A stretch of 32,000 nt of DNA from Synechococcus sp. A15-24 (GTDB lineage Bacteria > Cyanobacteriota > Cyanobacteriia > PCC-6307 > Cyanobiaceae): contig NZ_CP047960.1 in assembly GCF_014280195.1 (NCBI RefSeq), forward strand, positions 300,001-332,000, read 5' to 3'. The first letter of the stretch is position 1. Each line of letters begins with the position of its first letter. The notes beneath the pieces are model-generated. The model saw only the letters and a program-made list of their open reading frames with translations, was not told where the DNA came from and ran no database searches. The translations under genes and the position numbers were made by a program. Shown here piece by piece: positions 9,721 to 19,413 of the stretch.

Positions 9721-9770
9721 CTCGACGATGAACGCAGTTCTCCCCCGATCCTGCCGCGCGTGTGCTCCAG

Positions 9771-9800
9771 TTGACGACGGGCCCCTCGATGGGGTCTCAT
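9771..9800 (+). promoter_or_regulatory. candidate sigma70-type promoter of tRNA-Arg
   Basis: TTGACG (9771-9776), an 18-nt spacer, then TCTCAT (9795-9800). The predicted start is a few nt before the mature tRNA 5' end at 9813. Confidence 0.3.
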
Positions 9801-9812
9801 GGTTTCACGCCA

Positions 9813-9886
9813 GCGCTTGTAGCTCAGCGGATTAGAGCATCTGACTACGGATCAGAGGGTCGGGAGTTCGAATCTCTCCAGGCGCG
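9813..9886 (+). tRNA. tRNA-Arg (anticodon ACG)
   Basis: Hand-folded cloverleaf. Acceptor GCGCTTG/CAGGCGC, D-arm TAGCTCAGCGGATTAGAGCA, anticodon stem TCTGA/TCAGA with loop CTACGGA, T-arm GGGAG-TTCGAAT-CTCTC, discriminator G. CCA is not encoded. Confidence 0.95.
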
Positions 9887-9894
9887 CTTGAAAA

Positions 9895-9919
9895 CTGCCC
9901 AATTGGGCAGTTTTTTTTT
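9895..9919 (+). terminator. intrinsic terminator after tRNA-Arg
   Basis: CTGCCC-AATT-GGGCAG hairpin followed by nine T residues. An AAAA run precedes the stem, so it could act in both directions. Confidence 0.85.
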
Positions 9920-9989
9920 GAGCAGCTGTTGTTCCAGTTTCCTTTCGAAACGGTTTCTTACGATCAAGGCAGGACAACGCCCGGGCGTC

Positions 9990-11279
9990 ATGAGCGACAG
10001 CACTGCTTCTTCGATCAACACAGGTCTTGTGGCCGCCGATCCCGCCATTGCAGCCCTAATTGAGAAGGAGCAGCAGCGTCAGGAAACCCACCTGGAACTG
10101 ATCGCCAGCGAAAATTTCGCCTCCCTGGCCGTGATGGACGCTCAGGGTTCGGTGCTGACGAACAAGTACGCCGAGGGGCTCCCCAGCAAGCGGTACTACG
10201 GCGGTTGTGAGCACGTTGATGCCATCGAAGAGCTGGCGATCGAACGGGCCAAGGAACTCTTCGGTGCGGCCTGGGCGAATGTGCAGCCCCACAGTGGTGC
10301 CCAGGCCAATTTCGCTGTCTTCCTAGCGCTGCTTCAGCCCGGAGACACGATCATGGGGCTAGACCTCTCCCATGGCGGTCACCTGACCCATGGCTCGCCT
10401 GTGAATGTGAGCGGCAAGTGGTTCAACGTGGTCCAGTACGGCGTCGATCGGGAGTCCCAGCGGCTCGACATGGAGGCCATCCGGCAGCTGGCTCTCGAGC
10501 ACAAGCCGAAGCTGATCGTCTGTGGCTATTCGGCTTACCCCCGCACCATTGATTTCGGCGCCTTCCGCGCTATTGCCGATGAGGTGGGTGCGTTCCTGCT
10601 CGCCGATATGGCTCATATCGCTGGTCTGGTGGCGGCAGGCGTGCATCCCAGCCCCGTTCCCCACTGCGATGTGGTCACCACCACCACCCACAAGACCCTG
10701 CGCGGTCCCCGCGGTGGTCTGATCCTCTGCCGGGATGCCGACTTCGCCAAGAAATTCGATAAGGCTGTGTTCCCTGGCAGTCAGGGCGGACCTCTGGAAC
10801 ACGTCATCGCGGCCAAGGCGGTGGCCTTTGGCGAGGCGCTGCAACCAGCGTTTAAGACCTACAGCCAGCAGGTGGTAGCAAATGCAGCCGCTCTGGCAGA
10901 GCGGTTGATCGCCCGCGGCATCGACGTCGTCAGTGGAGGCACCGACAACCACGTGGTGTTGCTTGACCTTCGCTCTGTCGGCATGACCGGCAAGGTGGCT
11001 GATCTTCTCGTCAGTGATGTCCACATCACGGCCAACAAGAACACGGTGCCGTTTGATCCCGAATCCCCCTTCGTCACCAGCGGCCTGCGCCTTGGTACCG
11101 CAGCACTCACCACCCGGGGCTTTGATGCCGATGCGTTCCGCGAGGTGGCGGATGTCATCGCCGACCGCCTGCTGAACCCTGAGGATGACGCTGTTCAGCA
11201 GCAGTGCCTGCGGCGGGTTGAAGCGCTCTGCCAACGCTTCCCGCTCTATGCCGCTGCGCGTCAGCCGGCGCTTGCCTGA
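9990..11279 (+). CDS. glyA: serine hydroxymethyltransferase
   Basis: SHMT motifs are present, including the PLP-lysine region [16 protein letters not shown]. The track ORF (9762) runs straight through the tRNA and its terminator, so ATG 9990 (MSDSTASS..., 429 aa) is used. Confidence 0.96.
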   Translation: MSDSTASSINTGLVAADPAIAALIEKEQQRQETHLELIASENFASLAVMDAQGSVLTNKYAEGLPSKRYYGGCEHVDAIEELAIERAKELFGAAWANVQPHSGAQANFAVFLALLQPGDTIMGLDLSHGGHLTHGSPVNVSGKWFNVVQYGVDRESQRLDMEAIRQLALEHKPKLIVCGYSAYPRTIDFGAFRAIADEVGAFLLADMAHIAGLVAAGVHPSPVPHCDVVTTTTHKTLRGPRGGLILCRDADFAKKFDKAVFPGSQGGPLEHVIAAKAVAFGEALQPAFKTYSQQVVANAAALAERLIARGIDVVSGGTDNHVVLLDLRSVGMTGKVADLLVSDVHITANKNTVPFDPESPFVTSGLRLGTAALTTRGFDADAFREVADVIADRLLNPEDDAVQQQCLRRVEALCQRFPLYAAARQPALA

Positions 11280-11372
11280 CTGGACCAAGTCCCTGTGGAT
11301 CCAAAGGTTCACTCTCCCTAGGATCCGGAGAACATCTTCCCTGCAAAGGGTTGTTCTGATTCAGGAGCCTGC

Positions 11373-12512
11373 GTGTCCCTCGCTGCCAGCCCCTTAGTGG
11401 TTGCCACGCTGAGTTTCCTTCTGGCAGCTGGGGTCACGATGGTTCTGGTCCCTGTTGTCCGTGGCCTGGGACTTCGGCTCCAGCTCACAGATCAGCCTGA
11501 TCCCCGCAAGCAGCACACCGCCCCCATGGTCCGGTTGGGGGGCATCGCGATGGTGGCTGGCTTTGGACTGTCGCTCACCGTGATCTGGCTGCTCGGTGGA
11601 TTTGGCCTGCTCGCTCCGGCCCGGGATCAGCTGATCTGGAGCACGCTGGCGGGTTCGTTGTGCTTTTTTCTGATTGGTCTTGCCGACGACCTGTTCGACC
11701 TTTCACCCTGGCCCCGGCTGGCGGGTCAGTTCGCTGTTGCCTGCGTGATCTGGAGCCAGGGCGTCCGCATCGGAGCCATTGATCTTCCCTGGGTGAACGG
11801 GTCCGGCTCAGCGATCGTGCTCAGTGACAGCCTGAGCCTCCTGGCCACTGTGATCTGGTTGGTCGGCATCACCAACGCGATCAACTGGCTGGATGGGCTG
11901 GATGGCCTAGCCGCCGGTGTCGCCGGCATCGCCGCCGTTGGGCTGATCTCGGTGAGTTTTTCCCTGCATCAGGTGGCGGCCGGTTTCCTGGCGGCGGCCC
12001 TCGCCGGGTGCTGTCTTGGCTTTCTCCGTCACAACTTCAATCCAGCCCGCATCTTCATGGGCGATGGCGGTTCCTATTTCCTTGGTTTCACCCTTGCCGC
12101 GGTCAGCATCGTCGGCCCGGCGAAGGGGCTGACCACCGTCAGCCTGCTGTTGCCGCTGCTGATCCTTTCCCTGCCGCTGGCCGACATGTCGGCGGTGATC
12201 ATGGGGCGCCTGCGGGAGGGCCGTTCCCCCTTCCATCCCGATCGTCGACATCTGCATCACAGGCTGCTGCGGGCCGGTTTCAGCCATCGCCGCACGGTGT
12301 TGCTGATTTATGTCTTCACCCAGTGGCTGGCGTCCCTGGCCCTGGTGGTGGCCAATGCCGAAATGCGCTTTCTCTGGTTGGCACTGGCCACAGCGATCCT
12401 GGTGGCCACCGTGGTGATCAGCCGGCGTCAGCTTCAAACAGAGCGGGCCCTCACCCAGACATCACCATCCCCAGAAGCCAGCCTCACCTCCTGCCGCGAT
12501 CGCCATGGCTGA
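11373..12512 (+). CDS. glycosyltransferase family 4, WecA/Rfe-type undecaprenyl-phosphate sugar-1-phosphate transferase (MraY superfamily)
   Basis: 379 aa, polytopic. Motifs are [43 protein letters not shown] and [13 protein letters not shown] start is preceded by AGGAG 5 nt upstream. Confidence 0.88.
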   Translation: MSLAASPLVVATLSFLLAAGVTMVLVPVVRGLGLRLQLTDQPDPRKQHTAPMVRLGGIAMVAGFGLSLTVIWLLGGFGLLAPARDQLIWSTLAGSLCFFLIGLADDLFDLSPWPRLAGQFAVACVIWSQGVRIGAIDLPWVNGSGSAIVLSDSLSLLATVIWLVGITNAINWLDGLDGLAAGVAGIAAVGLISVSFSLHQVAAGFLAAALAGCCLGFLRHNFNPARIFMGDGGSYFLGFTLAAVSIVGPAKGLTTVSLLLPLLILSLPLADMSAVIMGRLREGRSPFHPDRRHLHHRLLRAGFSHRRTVLLIYVFTQWLASLALVVANAEMRFLWLALATAILVATVVISRRQLQTERALTQTSPSPEASLTSCRDRHG

Positions 12513-13758
12513 AGCCGGTGTCGAAATTCTCTGCGTTGGCACGGAGCTTCTTCTGGGAGACATCCTCAATGGCAATGCCCGTTGGATTGCCGAACGGCTG
12601 GCGGGCCTTGGACTTCCCCACTACCGCCAGACCGTCGTTGGCGATAACCACCAACGGTTGGCCGCCGCCGCCCGCGAGGCCAGTGGGCGCTGTCGGGTTC
12701 TGATCACCACCGGTGGTCTTGGTCCCACACCGGATGACCTCACTACAGAATCCCTGGCTGCGGCATTTGAGACTCCTCTTGAGGAACGTCCGGAGCTTTG
12801 GGACGAGATTCAAGCCAAGCTCTCGGCCGGTGGTCGGGCGGTGGCGCAGAGTAATCGTCGCCAGGCCTTTCTTCCCAGGGGTGCGGCTGTGCTGCCCAAT
12901 CCCCTGGGCTCGGCCCCCGGCATCATCTGGTCCCCCCTGCCGGATTTCACGATCCTCACCTTCCCTGGTGTGCCCTCGGAGATGCGGGCGATGTTTGAGG
13001 CCACGGCGGAACCCTGGCTGCGGCGTCACGGGGGGGCAACAGGGGTGTTCGTGAGTCGCCTGTTGCGCTTCAGCGGCATCGGTGAATCCAACTTGGCTGA
13101 GCAGGTGGCTGATCTGCTTGAGGGGGTGAATCCCACGGTGGCGCCGTACGCCTCCCTTGGAGACGTGAAGCTCAGACTCACGGCTCGTAGCAGCTCCGCA
13201 GAATCTGCAGCGGCTCTGTTGGATCCGGTGGAAGCTGAGCTGCGCCGCCGTACCGCTCAGCATTGCTACGGCACCAACGACGACAGCCTGGCGTCGGTGG
13301 TGTTGGCGTTGCTCCAACGGTCGGGGCAAACCCTCTCGGTGGCGGAGTCCTGCACCGGTGGTGGTCTTGGCGCCGCGTTGACGGCTGTTCCAGGTTCATC
13401 TGCTGTGTTTGCCGGTGGGGTGATTGCATACAGCAATGAGGTGAAGCAGCAGCTGCTCGATGTCCCTGCCGAGCTGCTTGAGCGCCATGGAGCTGTCTCG
13501 GATCCAGTGGTGACGGCCATGGCCGAGGGGGCGCGGCAGCGTCTGGGGACGGATTGGTCGATCGCGGTGAGCGGCATCGCCGGGCCCGGTGGCGGAACTG
13601 ACGAGAAGCCTGTCGGGCTGGTGCATCTGGCAGTCAGCGGTCCCGATGGTTGTGAGGCGACTGCGGAACGGTTCGGTGACCGACGCGGGCGGGGTGCCGT
13701 TCAGCAGCTCACGGTGATCCGTGCCTTGGATCGCCTGCGTCGACGACTGCTGGCCTAG
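12505..13758 (+). CDS. cinA: CinA family protein (MoCF-type domain plus NMN deamidase PncC-like domain)
   Basis: 417 aa. N-terminal domain has [16 protein letters not shown] and the C-terminal CinA domain has [15 protein letters not shown]. The start overlaps the upstream stop (ATGGCTGA). Confidence 0.92.
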   Translation: MAEAGVEILCVGTELLLGDILNGNARWIAERLAGLGLPHYRQTVVGDNHQRLAAAAREASGRCRVLITTGGLGPTPDDLTTESLAAAFETPLEERPELWDEIQAKLSAGGRAVAQSNRRQAFLPRGAAVLPNPLGSAPGIIWSPLPDFTILTFPGVPSEMRAMFEATAEPWLRRHGGATGVFVSRLLRFSGIGESNLAEQVADLLEGVNPTVAPYASLGDVKLRLTARSSSAESAAALLDPVEAELRRRTAQHCYGTNDDSLASVVLALLQRSGQTLSVAESCTGGGLGAALTAVPGSSAVFAGGVIAYSNEVKQQLLDVPAELLERHGAVSDPVVTAMAEGARQRLGTDWSIAVSGIAGPGGGTDEKPVGLVHLAVSGPDGCEATAERFGDRRGRGAVQQLTVIRALDRLRRRLLA

Positions 13759-13791
13759 TCGTAGGGTCAACGGTCCCTGCAGCAGAGCGGC

Positions 13792-15210
13792 TTGAGTTCC
13801 GGCACCCTCTACGACAAGGTGTGGGACCTGCATCGGGTGGCAGAGCTTCCCGGCGGATCCACCCAACTGTTCGTGGGTCTTCATCTGATCCATGAGGTCA
13901 CCAGTCCTCAGGCGTTTGCGGCGCTGCGCGACAAGGGTCTGAGCGTGCGCTACCCCGAGCGGACTGTGGCCACGGTCGATCACATCGTGCCCACCACCTC
14001 CCAGAGCCGTCCGTTTGCGGATCCCGTGGCTGAGGAGATGCTCAGCACCTTGGAGCGCAACTGTGCCGACCATGGGATCACCCTCAACGGCATCGGCAGC
14101 GGCCGACAGGGCATCGTGCATGTGATCGCTCCGGAGCTGGGGCTGACCCAGCCCGGGATGACTGTGGCCTGTGGCGACTCCCATACGTCGACCCATGGGG
14201 CCTTTGGCGCCATCGCATTCGGCATCGGCACCAGTCAGGTGCGCGATGTGCTGGCCAGTCAGAGCCTGGCCATGTCCAAGCTCAAGGTCCGGCGCATCCA
14301 GATGAACGGTCGGCTGTCTGATGGGGTCTCGGCCAAGGACCTGATCCTTCACGTGATCCGGACGCTCGGTGTGAAGGGGGGCGTCGGATTTGCCTATGAG
14401 TTCGCGGGCCCAGCGGTGGAGGCGCTGTCGATGGAAGAGCGGATGACCCTCTGCAATATGGCGATCGAGGGTGGTGCCCGTTGCGGTTATGTCAATCCAG
14501 ATCAAGTCACCTTTGATTACCTCAGCGGTCGAGCAGGAGCCCCTACGGGCGCTGCCTGGGATCGGGCCGTGAGCTGGTGGCGCGGCTTGGCCAGCGATCC
14601 GGACGCTGTGGTGGATGACGAGGTGGTGTTTGATGCGGCCAGCATCGCTCCCACCGTGACCTGGGGAATCACACCGGGTCAGGGGCTGGGCATCGATGAG
14701 TGCATTCCGCAGCTTGAGCAGCTGGAGCCAGGTGAGCGACCCATCGCCGAGGAGGCCTATCGCTATATGGATCTGCAGCCCGGTACCGCCATTGCGGGGG
14801 TGCCTGTGGATGTCTGCTTCATTGGCAGTTGCACCAACGGTCGACTCAGCGATCTGCGGGCGGCGGCGGCTGTGGCCCGTGGTCGCTATGTCGCTGATGG
14901 CATCAAGGCCTTCGTGGTGCCGGGTTCTGAACAGGTGGCGAAGGCAGCGGAAGCGGAAGGACTCGATCGTGTGTTCCAAGACGCTGGCTTCGAGTGGCGT
15001 GAACCGGGTTGTTCGATGTGTCTGGCGATGAATCCCGATCGCCTCGAAGGCCGGCAGATCAGTGCCAGTTCCAGCAATCGCAACTTCAAGGGACGGCAGG
15101 GGTCTGCTAGCGGACGCACCCTGTTGATGAGTCCGGCGATGGTGGCAGCTGCCGCCGTCCACGGCCAGGTGACCGATGTCCGCACCCTGTCCCTTCAATC
15201 CGCGGTCTGA
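13792..15210 (+). CDS. leuC: 3-isopropylmalate dehydratase large subunit
   Basis: Aconitase-family motifs [29 protein letters not shown] and [10 protein letters not shown]-terminus is [14 protein letters not shown], from a TTG start. Confidence 0.96.
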   Translation: MSSGTLYDKVWDLHRVAELPGGSTQLFVGLHLIHEVTSPQAFAALRDKGLSVRYPERTVATVDHIVPTTSQSRPFADPVAEEMLSTLERNCADHGITLNGIGSGRQGIVHVIAPELGLTQPGMTVACGDSHTSTHGAFGAIAFGIGTSQVRDVLASQSLAMSKLKVRRIQMNGRLSDGVSAKDLILHVIRTLGVKGGVGFAYEFAGPAVEALSMEERMTLCNMAIEGGARCGYVNPDQVTFDYLSGRAGAPTGAAWDRAVSWWRGLASDPDAVVDDEVVFDAASIAPTVTWGITPGQGLGIDECIPQLEQLEPGERPIAEEAYRYMDLQPGTAIAGVPVDVCFIGSCTNGRLSDLRAAAAVARGRYVADGIKAFVVPGSEQVAKAAEAEGLDRVFQDAGFEWREPGCSMCLAMNPDRLEGRQISASSSNRNFKGRQGSASGRTLLMSPAMVAAAAVHGQVTDVRTLSLQSAV

Positions 15211-15824
15211 TGAGCAGCTTTCCTTCCGGTCCGGTGAGCCAGGTGGTGGGTCGCGCCCTTGTCGTCAGCGGCGAGGACATTGACACCGATCGGATCATTC
15301 CTGCCCGCTTCCTCAAGTGCGTGAGTTTCGAGGCCCTGGGGGACCAGGTGTTCGCGGATGACCGTCGTGAACGCAAGGGTGAGCACCCCTTCGACCAGGC
15401 GCGATTTCAGGGGGCGTCGATTCTTGTGGTGAATGGCAACTTCGGTTGCGGATCCAGTCGCGAACATGCACCTCAGGCACTGATGCGCTGGGGCATCCGC
15501 GCGGTGGTGGGCGTCAGCTTCGCCGAGATTTTCTATGGCAACTGTCTCGCCCTCGGCATCCCCTGTGCCACGGCGTCGGCAGCGGAGGTGGAGGCGATTC
15601 AGCGACAAGTAAATGATCGTCCGGATCAGAACTGGTCTCTGGATCTGGAAGCTGAACAGCTGTCATCCGCGGATCAACAATGGGGTGTTGCTGTGGATGA
15701 GGGGCCGCGGCAGATGTTGCTGAGTGGCCGCTGGGATGCCACGTCGCAGTTGCTGGCCCATGGCCCAGAGGTTCAACAGTTGATGGTGGCATTGCCGTAC
15801 ATCAACGGCTTCAGCAAAGTCTGA
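15210..15824 (+). CDS. leuD: 3-isopropylmalate dehydratase small subunit
   Basis: 204 aa with the NFGCGSSREHAPQAL motif. Coupled to leuC by TGATG. Confidence 0.95.
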   Translation: MSSFPSGPVSQVVGRALVVSGEDIDTDRIIPARFLKCVSFEALGDQVFADDRRERKGEHPFDQARFQGASILVVNGNFGCGSSREHAPQALMRWGIRAVVGVSFAEIFYGNCLALGIPCATASAAEVEAIQRQVNDRPDQNWSLDLEAEQLSSADQQWGVAVDEGPRQMLLSGRWDATSQLLAHGPEVQQLMVALPYINGFSKV

Positions 15825-15879
15825 CGGCATTATCAGACTCTTGTGTCTATGAAAGAGACAGGGTTAGTGAGAGAAGTCC

Positions 15880-16302
15880 GTGATTCAACTTGGCTGGCTT
15901 GCGCTGTTGCTCGTTCTGCCGCTTCAGGCGGTGGAGCATCGGCCGAATCCACGGGAGCGGTTGCTGGATCAAAGATCATGCAGGGGCTGTGATCTGCGCC
16001 GCGTTGAGCTGCAGGAGGCCCACCTGATCGGCGCGGATCTTCGGGATGCTGATCTTGAGGGGGCGGATTTGCGTGGCGCCAACCTCGAGGGTGCCGATCT
16101 CAGTGGGGCCCGGCTGGTGATGGCTGATCTTCGCGGGGCCACGCTCACCAATGCCGATTTAACGGGCTCGGATCTGCGTGGTGCTGATCTCCGCTCTGCT
16201 GTTGTGATCAATGCCTTCGCGCCGGACGTGCGAACGGAGGGCATCCGTTTTGCTGGCGCCAAGCTCACCGGCAGCGATCTGATCATCGGCGGTGGGGACT
16301 GA
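15880..16302 (+). CDS. secreted/lumenal-type pentapeptide-repeat protein
   Basis: 140 aa. A signal-like N-terminus (LGWLALLLVLPLQAVEH) and a CRGC pair are followed by about 15 tandem A(D/N)LxG-type pentapeptides. Confidence 0.85.
   Translation: MIQLGWLALLLVLPLQAVEHRPNPRERLLDQRSCRGCDLRRVELQEAHLIGADLRDADLEGADLRGANLEGADLSGARLVMADLRGATLTNADLTGSDLRGADLRSAVVINAFAPDVRTEGIRFAGAKLTGSDLIIGGGD
15988..16212 (+). repeat. 15-nt coding periodicity (pentapeptide repeats) inside the 15880-16302 CDS
   Basis: The reading is CDLRR VELQE AHLIG ADLRD ADLEG ADLRG ANLEG ADLSG ARLVM ADLRG ATLTN ADLTG SDLRG ADLRS AVVIN. At DNA level there are recurring gc(c/g)gat(c/t)t units. Confidence 0.8.
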
Positions 16303-16303
16303 T

Positions 16304-19159
16304 TCAGAGCGGCAGTTCGCTGTCGTCCTCGAGGAACCAGTCCGCTGGGGTGTACGGAACGAAGGGCACTCCGCTGCCATCAAAGTTGAAGTCATTCAGC
16401 CGGAAACGGACTCCGCCAATGCCTTCATAGGGATTGAAGTAAACCCCCACGTCATAACTGCGGCGTTGCCAACGCAATTCGATGCTCGAATTGATCACAT
16501 CGCCGTAGTACTCCGACGCTGAATCGACGTTGACATTGACGCCGGTGCTGAGCAGCAGAGGGCCGACGATCTGTTGGGTGAGACCGACGCCCAGCGTGCC
16601 GAAGTCGACAATTCGGTCGAACTCAAACGGACTGGCGCCATTGCGAAGGGTGCCGCCACCGATGACGGAAATCTGGGTGAAATCCAGGAATGGTTTGCTG
16701 AAGGTGCCGAGGGTCAGCGTTGGCCCTCCACTGAAGCTGATGCTCTCCTGATGGTCGCCGGCGCCGTAGAGCGCCACGGTGCTGTTCAGGTTGGTGGTGA
16801 GGCTGACGCCGGGCACCACAGCGACCGGGGAGTAGCGATAAGCGGCCAATGGGGTCAGCTCTGCGGTGGATCCGCGCCAGATCGGGATCGTGCTTGTAAC
16901 AGAGGCAAACAGGCTGCCGCGACCGGAACGCAGCATGCGGTTGCTGTCGAAACGTTCGGCGTAGTAATCGCCCATGGCCCCACGCACGAGGTAGCGATGC
17001 CGCGAGTTGCCCAGCTCGAATTCCCCTTTCTTCTCGCCGTAGACGCCATAGGCCGCCTGGATATCGGTTTCACCGAGGGATCCATTCCAGGTGCGGTAGC
17101 GATAGGTGCCAAAGAGGTTGGCGGTCACCTCTCCCAGAGCTCCGAGATCGAAACTGCGCTCGATGCTTCCCCAGTAGCGGCTGTTGTCGAGGAAGTCGTC
17201 ACCGCTGAAACTGCTGATGTCGGCGTCTGCTCTGACGTTGGTGCCGTCGTACCGACCGATCAGCTTCGCCTCAAGACCAAACAGGTCCCCTGGATCGATG
17301 TCGCTGCCGCCATCGACGGCGCGCTGCACCATCACCTGCGGTTGAAGGCTGAGCTCTGTGTCCGTGCCGAATGTGATCGGTTTGAGGTTGCGACCGACGA
17401 ACAGGCCATCGCGGTCGTCGTTGTCAACACCGAACACCCAGCGATTTTCAACTTCCTCTTCCTTCTGAATCAGCTGCCGGCGGCTGACGGGCACGGGCAG
17501 ACGCTCCTCAACGATCAGCCGGTTGCGCCGCGCTGAAATCAGCAGATCGCCATTTGGCTGTTCCCGAGCCACTACATCCTCAGCATCGATACGGGTCTGT
17601 GCCGGGGTGAACGGGTCATTGCTGAAACCCATCCGGTCAGCACGCCACCCGTTGGACGTGATCTGAATTCGCGCAGCCTGAACGCGCCAACGGCTGATCG
17701 TGCCATTGATCAACTGCGTCCTGCCCAGTCGCTTGAGCTGGGGCACTTTCACCACGCCGAAACGGTTTTCATCGCGGACACTGGAATTGAGGCGCCGCAC
17801 AGGCACGCCACTGCGCCGTTCGATGGACAGGGTGCCTTGGAATTCGACGTCATCAATGCGTTGATCGATGCCGGCGATGGCCTGGCTGCGTCGCCTCTGT
17901 TGTTCAGCTGGAGACAGTGGCGATGGCGTTGGTGTTTGTGTTGGCGGGATGTATTCAGTGGCTTCGCCCCCATCTCCAAGCGCTGTCGATTCGAGCCGCT
18001 GACTCAGGGAGGTGGGGCGAACCCGTTGATGCCGTTCTGGATCCGGGCAGCCCAGGGGGGGCGCCATTGATGTGCCAACCGGTTCCGGCAGATCGCGGCC
18101 CCAGCGGTAGCGCAGGCCGAGCAGGTAGGCATTGCTGCCTTCCGTCACGCCGTTGTAGGTGCCAAAGGCTCCGGATCGGTGGTGGATGCGTCCCACGAGC
18201 GACACATCGGATGAAACCGCTGCTTCCACCTCGAAGCCGAGGTAGTTCAGCAACTTGGTGTAGTTCTCGCGGAAGGTCTTCTCATACAGGCTGTAATCCG
18301 TGTTGTAGCTGATGCCTTCGACGACGCTGAAGCTCAGCCAGGGCTGCACCCACAGCCGGGCACCGATCCCCAGGATCCCCTCGCCGAAACTCTGGGCTGG
18401 CAGGTCGGCATAGGGCTTGTCCTGATTGAACTCGCCGCCAGGCTGTTGTTTGGCGAGATGGCTGAACAGATCAGCCTCGAGCTCCAGGGCCAGAGGACCA
18501 GCGCGGAGAATCCGCTTCTGCAGGCCGATGCCCAAGACTGCTCCCGGACGCATGGTCCCGTTGAAGAGGAACGTGTCACCGAAGGCGGCATCGATCATCT
18601 GACCGCCCCAGGCTGTAACTGCCCATGGTCGCGGATGCCAGTCCGGAACCGGAGCGAGCAGTGGCGGACAGGCCATCGGCGCGGGTTCTGGACGGGCCTG
18701 CTGTTCGGTAGGTGTTGGGGTTGGATCTGCAACGTTGAAGACGCCCTTCATCGCGTCCAGGTCGATGACGCCGTAGACGTCATCCAGTTCCCCTTCGTTC
18801 TGGCTCAGGTTGTAGCGAAGAGCAGAGGCCTGAAAAACCTGGTTGTTGCGGGAGAGACGAACGGCTCCGCGGGCGAACATCGTCTGAAAGTTGGCATCAA
18901 ACTCAACCCGATCGGCGATGAGCTGGCCTGTGCCGAGCTGCAGCCGCACATTGCCCTCTGCGATCATGACGTTTCGACGAACGTCGAAACGCTGACGGTC
19001 TGCCGTGAGTTGCAGGCGTTGACTAATCTGCGGGACAACAGCTTCAGCCGTTGGGTCGTCTAGCGCATCCTCGGCGGCGACGGCCCTGATCGAGACCAAC
19101 GACTCGGATCCCATCAAAAGGATTCCGCAGATCACCAATGTCAGGCGTAATGCCGCCAA
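16304..19159 (-). CDS. LptD/OstA-like outer-membrane protein (cyanobacterial LPS-assembly homologue)
   Basis: 951 aa. Signal-like N-terminus, then an OstA_N-like beta-jellyroll region (LTADRQRFDVRRNVMIAEGNVRLQLGTGQLIADRVEFDAN...[23 protein letters not shown]). A long Gly/Tyr/aromatic-rich region ending in ...PYTPADWF... is typical of a beta-barrel. TTG start is uncertain. Confidence 0.8.
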   Translation of the reverse strand: MAALRLTLVICGILLMGSESLVSIRAVAAEDALDDPTAEAVVPQISQRLQLTADRQRFDVRRNVMIAEGNVRLQLGTGQLIADRVEFDANFQTMFARGAVRLSRNNQVFQASALRYNLSQNEGELDDVYGVIDLDAMKGVFNVADPTPTPTEQQARPEPAPMACPPLLAPVPDWHPRPWAVTAWGGQMIDAAFGDTFLFNGTMRPGAVLGIGLQKRILRAGPLALELEADLFSHLAKQQPGGEFNQDKPYADLPAQSFGEGILGIGARLWVQPWLSFSVVEGISYNTDYSLYEKTFRENYTKLLNYLGFEVEAAVSSDVSLVGRIHHRSGAFGTYNGVTEGSNAYLLGLRYRWGRDLPEPVGTSMAPPLGCPDPERHQRVRPTSLSQRLESTALGDGGEATEYIPPTQTPTPSPLSPAEQQRRRSQAIAGIDQRIDDVEFQGTLSIERRSGVPVRRLNSSVRDENRFGVVKVPQLKRLGRTQLINGTISRWRVQAARIQITSNGWRADRMGFSNDPFTPAQTRIDAEDVVAREQPNGDLLISARRNRLIVEERLPVPVSRRQLIQKEEEVENRWVFGVDNDDRDGLFVGRNLKPITFGTDTELSLQPQVMVQRAVDGGSDIDPGDLFGLEAKLIGRYDGTNVRADADISSFSGDDFLDNSRYWGSIERSFDLGALGEVTANLFGTYRYRTWNGSLGETDIQAAYGVYGEKKGEFELGNSRHRYLVRGAMGDYYAERFDSNRMLRSGRGSLFASVTSTIPIWRGSTAELTPLAAYRYSPVAVVPGVSLTTNLNSTVALYGAGDHQESISFSGGPTLTLGTFSKPFLDFTQISVIGGGTLRNGASPFEFDRIVDFGTLGVGLTQQIVGPLLLSTGVNVNVDSASEYYGDVINSSIELRWQRRSYDVGVYFNPYEGIGGVRFRLNDFNFDGSGVPFVPYTPADWFLEDDSELPL

Positions 19160-19256
19160 AGACTTTCAACAGAGGGCTGCGATCTTGACAGCTCGAGAGC
19201 CTCCACGCGCGCGCAGCGGTCCAGTGAGCAGCGCGGACCGAAATCCGTCCGTTAAT

Positions 19257-19376
19257 TCAGTCTTCGAGGTCCTTTCGGCTGGGGGTTCGGCTTGGATCGC
19301 TCGCCAGGAAGCCGAACACGAAAATACCGATGAAGAAGAAGACGACCGAGTAAACGGAGATCTTGAGGGCGAGCAT
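19257..19376 (-). CDS. psbI: photosystem II reaction-centre protein I
   Basis: Hand translation gives [39 protein letters not shown] (39 aa), which matches the PsbI pattern M-L-x-LK-I-x-VY...FGFL-S-DP-x-R-x-P-x-RKD. It is below the track's 60-aa cutoff. Confidence 0.93.
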   Translation of the reverse strand: MLALKISVYSVVFFFIGIFVFGFLASDPSRTPSRKDLED

Positions 19377-19413
19377 GGAGACCGACCGTCGTCTGTGTTT
19401 GCGTCAGCATCCT

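Noticed and set aside
9762-9989. 5' extension of the glyA ORF (505-aa version).
   Set aside because: The extension reads straight through tRNA-Arg (9813-9886) and its hairpin/T9 terminator. SHMT homology begins after ATG 9990.
9721-9989. tRNA-Arg locus as a possible genomic-island integration site.
   Set aside because: There is no integrase, transposase or phage-like ORF on either side. I saw no second copy of the tRNA 3' half. The flanking genes (murJ, small core ORFs, glyA) have the same composition as the rest of the window.
10359-11312. 317-aa minus-strand ORF antisense to glyA.
   Set aside because: It lies in the same codon-aligned shadow frame (11312 and the glyA third positions are both 2 mod 3). 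The composition is arbitrary, and glyA is certain.
11280-11372. Two GGATCC sites (GGATCC-N18-GGATCC) in the glyA / WecA-like spacer as a possible hairpin or terminator.
   Set aside because: Only a 6-bp stem with an 18-nt loop would form, and no T-tract follows. It is more likely coincidental, although AGGAG before the GTG start is a plausible RBS.
12484-13329. 281-aa minus-strand ORF antisense to cinA. The same situation applies to the 366-aa plus-strand ORF 26434-27534, antisense to rph.
   Set aside because: Both lie in the codon-aligned antisense frame of a well-supported gene. The products are Arg/Gly/Pro-rich and low-complexity.
13396-15198. 600-aa minus-strand ORF antisense to the cinA 3' end and all of leuC. 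It is the longest unexplained ORF in the track.
   Set aside because: Its codon first positions coincide with the third positions of leuC and cinA, which share a frame. With G/C-rich third positions, the antisense codons start with G/C and cannot be TAA, TAG or TGA. The product is His/Arg/Gly/Leu-rich with no motifs. leuC and cinA carry unmistakable family signatures.
15988-16212. Periodic 15-nt DNA repeats that could be mistaken for a VNTR or CRISPR-like array.
   Set aside because: The period is 15 nt, in frame, with no spacers. It encodes canonical pentapeptide repeats inside an intact ORF.
16574-17536. 320-aa plus-strand ORF antisense to the LptD-like gene.
   Set aside because: It is a codon-aligned shadow frame of the minus-strand gene. 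The product is Ala/Gly/Val-rich with no recognisable domain.
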